IMG/VR virus record: IMGVR_UViG_3300036770_003135
Coordinates: 38,793-102,792 of that record
DNA length: 64,000 bases
DNA from: a virus
Reading direction: 5' to 3' (one strand)
Under the pieces are notes generated by a model, which saw nothing but the letters and a program-made list of their open reading frames with translations, did not search any database and was not told where the DNA came from. Position 1 is the stretch's first letter, and each line of letters starts with the position of its first letter. A program made the position numbers and the translations under genes. Below, in pieces: positions 60,048 through 64,000 of this stretch.

Positions 60048-62171
60048 TTAATAAGAACCACCTAAAAGTATATCATTTTGTATTATTGAATTATTGGCAT
60101 CAATTTTTCTAGAGTTACCTAACCCATCTAATCCTAAATCAACTTCTGGCGTGTATATCCTTGTTGTTGCCGACCATATTGTTGATGTTCCACTAACTGT
60201 ATTTATTTCTCTAAATCTTGTTATTGGTGTACCAAGATTTATAGAGTTATCAGTATTTGGAATTATATCATTATTTAGTGTAATACCTGTATTACATGAA
60301 AATAAATCTTCAATATACAACTCAGTTATACAACTACCACTACCACCAGTGAATGGTTCACTAAATCCACTAATACTAAATGTACCTCCTGTATTATTTG
60401 TAAATGTTGTAGTACCCGCGGAATATGTTCCCCCTGTTACAAATACATCAGTTGGTAAATTAAGATAAGTTGTTGCTGAAATTGAATTTGCAAATAATCC
60501 ATTTGTAAATGTGGTTGCACCACTTACAGTACCTCCGCTCAAAGCTAAATATGGGAATACAAATTCACCACCAGGATTTGGTTCAATCCATTGGAATCCA
60601 CCACCAGTATCAATATAAACTAATTCAACACCATCCGTTAGATTAAACCATCTGTCACCTAAATTAATAGTTGTTCCTGTTGGTTCTGTTGTCGCTACAA
60701 AATATTTTGAGAATCCTGTAACATCAAATGTTGAACCACTAGTATTTGTGAATGTTGCAGTACCTGCCGAATAAGTCCCACCAGTTACGTATATATCAGT
60801 AAATCCTGTCAAGAATCCAGTAACATTAAATGTTCCTCCACTATTATTAGTGAATGTTGCTGTACCTGTGGATGGATTATATGTACCGCCTGTTACAGTT
60901 AAATCGGATGCTAATATTGATAAACTATCAGTAAAACTAACACCATCATTTCTTGTTATTGTTAAATCATAATTTGAATTATTAAATGTTAATCCTGTAA
61001 CAAAAGTATCTCCAGTAACAAATCCACTAACATTAAATGTTCCACCAGTATTATTCGTAAATGTTGCAGTACCTGCGGAATATGTTCCACCAGTGACTCT
61101 AATATCGGTTGGGAGATTTTGATAGGTAGTTGCACTTATTGTTGACGCTGATATACCACCAGTTGTTACAATATTAAATGTTACTGATGATAGTGCTCCT
61201 GATAATGAAATTGTTGGTATATTAGTAACAATATCTGGTTGATTTTCATTTTGACTTATTGTTAATGATGTCCCACTAAAAGTAGCACCAGTTACAAAAG
61301 TATCAGTTATTCCCGTGACATTAAATGTACCACCAGTATTATTCGTAAATGTAATAGTATCTGTATTTTTATTTAATGTCCCACCAGTTACAAATACATC
61401 AATAGGTAAATTAAGATATGTTGATGCTGAAATAGTATTAGCTGTAATACCATCAACAATTGTATTTCCAGTGACATTTAAATCACCATTAATTGTTAAC
61501 CCTGTAAAGTCGTTAATTGTAACATCAAAAGTACTTCCAAAGTTGTCAAATATTGTTAATGTATTACTACTATATGTAAATGCCGTAATATATGTATTAG
61601 GGTCAATAGGTAGATTTTGATAAGTTGTTGCTGATATTGTATTAGCGGTGATACCATCTACAATTGTATTTCCAGTAACATTTAAATCACCATTTATTGT
61701 TAAACCTGTGAAATCATTTATCGTAACAAACAAATTCGGATTTCCCGAACTTCTTTCAATTGTCAATGTATTATCCAAATAGGTGAAACCTGACACATAA
61801 ATGTCAGAGGGTAAACCTAAATATGTTGTAGCTGAGAATGTATTGGCGGTTACACCATTAGTGAAAATTGTAGCCCCCGTTACAGTACCACCAGTAAAAT
61901 TACTGCCTAGTTCAAATAACTCCCAATCATTAATTGTATTATTCCAAGGAACATCTTTAAGTTTATAATAAATTGTTCCACCACTCACACCCACAAGCAT
62001 ACCAGCCCTTCTTCTAAGTGTTGGAATTAAATCTAAATCAGATAAATTATTAACATTTCTTAAACCATCAATACCATATAAGGGGTCAATAACGGGATAT
62101 TGATCCATAGTATTACTTGGAGAAATAAAACCAAAAACTTCAACACCACCTGATAAACTAAAAGAACCCAT
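60048..62171 (-). CDS. Tail fibre protein with many TGGT/ANTISATT repeats
   Basis: RRAGMLV N-terminal domain, internal duplications, C-terminal LLGGSY. Confidence 0.75.
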   Translation of the reverse strand: MGSFSLSGGVEVFGFISPSNTMDQYPVIDPLYGIDGLRNVNNLSDLDLIPTLRRRAGMLVGVSGGTIYYKLKDVPWNNTINDWELFELGSNFTGGTVTGATIFTNGVTANTFSATTYLGLPSDIYVSGFTYLDNTLTIERSSGNPNLFVTINDFTGLTINGDLNVTGNTIVDGITANTISATTYQNLPIDPNTYITAFTYSSNTLTIFDNFGSTFDVTINDFTGLTINGDLNVTGNTIVDGITANTISASTYLNLPIDVFVTGGTLNKNTDTITFTNNTGGTFNVTGITDTFVTGATFSGTSLTISQNENQPDIVTNIPTISLSGALSSVTFNIVTTGGISASTISATTYQNLPTDIRVTGGTYSAGTATFTNNTGGTFNVSGFVTGDTFVTGLTFNNSNYDLTITRNDGVSFTDSLSILASDLTVTGGTYNPSTGTATFTNNSGGTFNVTGFLTGFTDIYVTGGTYSAGTATFTNTSGSTFDVTGFSKYFVATTEPTGTTINLGDRWFNLTDGVELVYIDTGGGFQWIEPNPGGEFVFPYLALSGGTVSGATTFTNGLFANSISATTYLNLPTDVFVTGGTYSAGTTTFTNNTGGTFSISGFSEPFTGGSGSCITELYIEDLFSCNTGITLNNDIIPNTDNSINLGTPITRFREINTVSGTSTIWSATTRIYTPEVDLGLDGLGNSRKIDANNSIIQNDILLGGSY

Positions 62172-62183
62172 TATCGTTTAATT

Positions 62184-63110
62184 TTAATTACATAACCATA
62201 CATCAAAACCATCAGTGATTTGGAAGAAAGTTCTGTAAATGTTATATGTTATGCTAAACCCATTAGCGTCTACTATAATTATCGCACCTATATTATTAAA
62301 TGGTATATTATTACCAGTACATCCAACATCACTATTTCTAAATTCAGTTGGTTGTGTTAAACCAGTTGGTATTAAAATATAACCATAAGCAAAACCACTT
62401 GGAACACTCCAATAAGTATTTGTTGGATTACTTGTATAACCACTAATTAATAAACTTGTATCTCCACTTGTTATAGTTCCCCCACTAAATTTACCCCAAT
62501 AAATCTTTGGTGACTCAGGAGCTCCAGGTGATGGTGTTGGAGTTGGTGTACTTGTTTTAGTTGGAGTTGGTGTACTTGTTTTTGTTGGTGTCACCGTTGG
62601 AGTTATTGTTGGTGTTACTGTTGGTGTTACAGTATTCGTTGGTGTTATAGTCGGAGTCGGAGTTGGTGTTTTAGTAGCACCTGGTGTTTTAGATGGTGTA
62701 ACACAAGGATTTCTCGAAGGAGTAATCGTTGGTGTTACTGATATAGTTGGTGTTGGTGTCGCAGTATTAGTTGGTGTTGGCGTTGGTGTTGGAACTTTAC
62801 ATTGGTCAAAACTTGGAGTTGGTGTAACTGTTGGTGTTGGCGTAGGTGTTTGAGTTCTAGTTGGTGTTATGGTTGGTGTTGGAGTAGAGGTTGGAGCTGG
62901 GACATTAAGTATCAATGGACAATCCCCATTCTCAACTAAAATAGTATAAGTACCATAAACTTCATATGGGGGTACTAATGTACCAGGTTCAAACAAATAA
63001 GGCAATACTTGAATACCCAAATTAATTGGTATTCCACTACCTTGTGGTGTAAAAACAATACTAGCACTTTCTCCAGAATAATTAATACTTTGAATTATTA
63101 TTGTTGTCAT
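62184..63110 (-). CDS. Mucin-like Pro/Thr-rich structural protein
   Basis: About 125-aa TPTPT tract between two small globular domains. Confidence 0.8.
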   Translation of the reverse strand: MTTIIIQSINYSGESASIVFTPQGSGIPINLGIQVLPYLFEPGTLVPPYEVYGTYTILVENGDCPLILNVPAPTSTPTPTITPTRTQTPTPTPTVTPTPSFDQCKVPTPTPTPTNTATPTPTISVTPTITPSRNPCVTPSKTPGATKTPTPTPTITPTNTVTPTVTPTITPTVTPTKTSTPTPTKTSTPTPTPSPGAPESPKIYWGKFSGGTITSGDTSLLISGYTSNPTNTYWSVPSGFAYGYILIPTGLTQPTEFRNSDVGCTGNNIPFNNIGAIIIVDANGFSITYNIYRTFFQITDGFDVWLCN

Positions 63111-63155
63111 ATTTATTAAAACTCACATTTCAAATAAATACTAACAATAACAAAA

Positions 63156-64000
63156 TTAGACACAATTACTTTTACTTGGTGTTGGAGTTGGAGTTGGTGT
63201 TCTAGTCGGCATTATTGGTCTTCCAGACCTTGATGGTGTAACAGTCATTGTCGGAGTCACCGTATTCGTTGGAGTTGGTGACGGTGTTGGTTTTGGTGTT
63301 CTAGTCGGAGTATTAGTAGGTGTTGGTGTAGGTAACAATTCTGTAATTGTATACGTTAAATCATTTACCTCACAAACAATTGTTGAGCAATCAGGGCAAT
63401 CAGGATTAAACATATTAAATTTATTTTTTAATAAATTAAAATTGTGTTTAACTTCAGGAGCTGTTAATGGTTCAACATACATTCTAAATTGAGATATACC
63501 ACCCTCAAATGTACCCGCAAAATTTTGTTCAATTAATATATTTGTATTTAATCCACTTAAAGTAGTACCACTCAAAACATTATTTGGGAAACATTCTGGG
63601 TCTTGAATGTAAAGACCATTTGGTTGTGTCATTGATGAGAACGTTAAATTCTCTCTTAATCCTTGAGTACCACCACCCCAAGAAATATTAAATGGAACGC
63701 CAACTTGTTTTTCTTTATCGGTATTTAAGGCTCTGGGTATTATCTCTTCAAAATTTTCAATAGTATAAAATATTTTACCATTGATATAAATTTTTAATCT
63801 ACCCAATCTATTTTTACCATCAATTAACCATTTTTCATTTAAGTTAATTAATTCAACTTGTAATGCAGATTCTCCTTGTGTATATGGTGGTTTTATTAAA
63901 GAAACAGTATTATTCGCCAAACTTTCCAAATAAAGTTTTTTGGTAATGTCACCCAAACCACCCTTCCAAAATAAATCACATTCGTCAAAATAATTATACC
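63156..64000 (-). CDS. Structural protein with a LamG-like segment and a Pro/Thr C-terminal tail; 5' end lies outside the window
   Basis: The frame stays open to the window edge; LKIYINGK...FEGGISQFRMY.EPLT.PEV.HNF; PTPTPT tail. Confidence 0.8.
   Translation of the reverse strand, partial: YNYFDECDLFWKGGLGDITKKLYLESLANNTVSLIKPPYTQGESALQVELINLNEKWLIDGKNRLGRLKIYINGKIFYTIENFEEIIPRALNTDKEKQVGVPFNISWGGGTQGLRENLTFSSMTQPNGLYIQDPECFPNNVLSGTTLSGLNTNILIEQNFAGTFEGGISQFRMYVEPLTAPEVKHNFNLLKNKFNMFNPDCPDCSTIVCEVNDLTYTITELLPTPTPTNTPTRTPKPTPSPTPTNTVTPTMTVTPSRSGRPIMPTRTPTPTPTPSKSNCV

Noticed and set aside
245-61620. Numerous short antisense or alternate-frame ORFs in the track (for example 245-439, 20017-20409, 38829-39176, 58037-58375, 60094-60468)
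   Set aside because: They are shadows of long, well-supported genes
1-64000. Stop-codon reassignment
   Set aside because: Core genes are full length in code 11, and TGA and TAG both act as stops

Overview
This is a 64-kb, very AT-rich segment of a large T4-like (contractile-tailed) dsDNA phage. It is read in the standard genetic code and most genes lie on the minus strand. The host is probably a Bacteroidota: there is a T9SS-cargo gene, a TTTG-N19-TAnnTTTG promoter, and A-rich starts without Shine-Dalgarno sequences. From left to right: (1) a replication/recombination block with nrdB (truncated by the window), a free-standing GIY-YIG endonuclease, DnaB helicase, 5'-3' exonuclease, C5 methyltransferase, RecA/UvsX and gp32-like SSB; (2) a tail block with baseplate hub, wedge and tube-initiator proteins, tape measure, a chaperone pair, tube, sheath, terminator and neck; (3) SNF2 helicase, a Mn-SOD/nuclease-like fusion and family B DNA polymerase; (4) a candidate ncRNA and a CUB/T9SS secreted protein; (5) a three-gene glycosylation cassette; (6) about 17 kb of fibre, lectin and Pro/Thr-rich virion-appendage genes. 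The best candidate for a new system is mucin-type O-glycosylation of the virion: a GT60 polypeptide-GlcNAc transferase, two HtrL/YibB domains, a GT-A domain and an FkbM methyltransferase lie directly downstream of PTPTPT-rich structural genes. Other highlights are a SOD plus tandem nuclease-like polyprotein with protease-type linkers, a TTT_TTT_CGT +1 frameshift site in the tail chaperone, a TATTTAT putative late-promoter motif, and a roughly 190-nt non-coding unit bounded by a promoter and a terminator. All functional calls come from recognising motifs by eye; no database searches were run.
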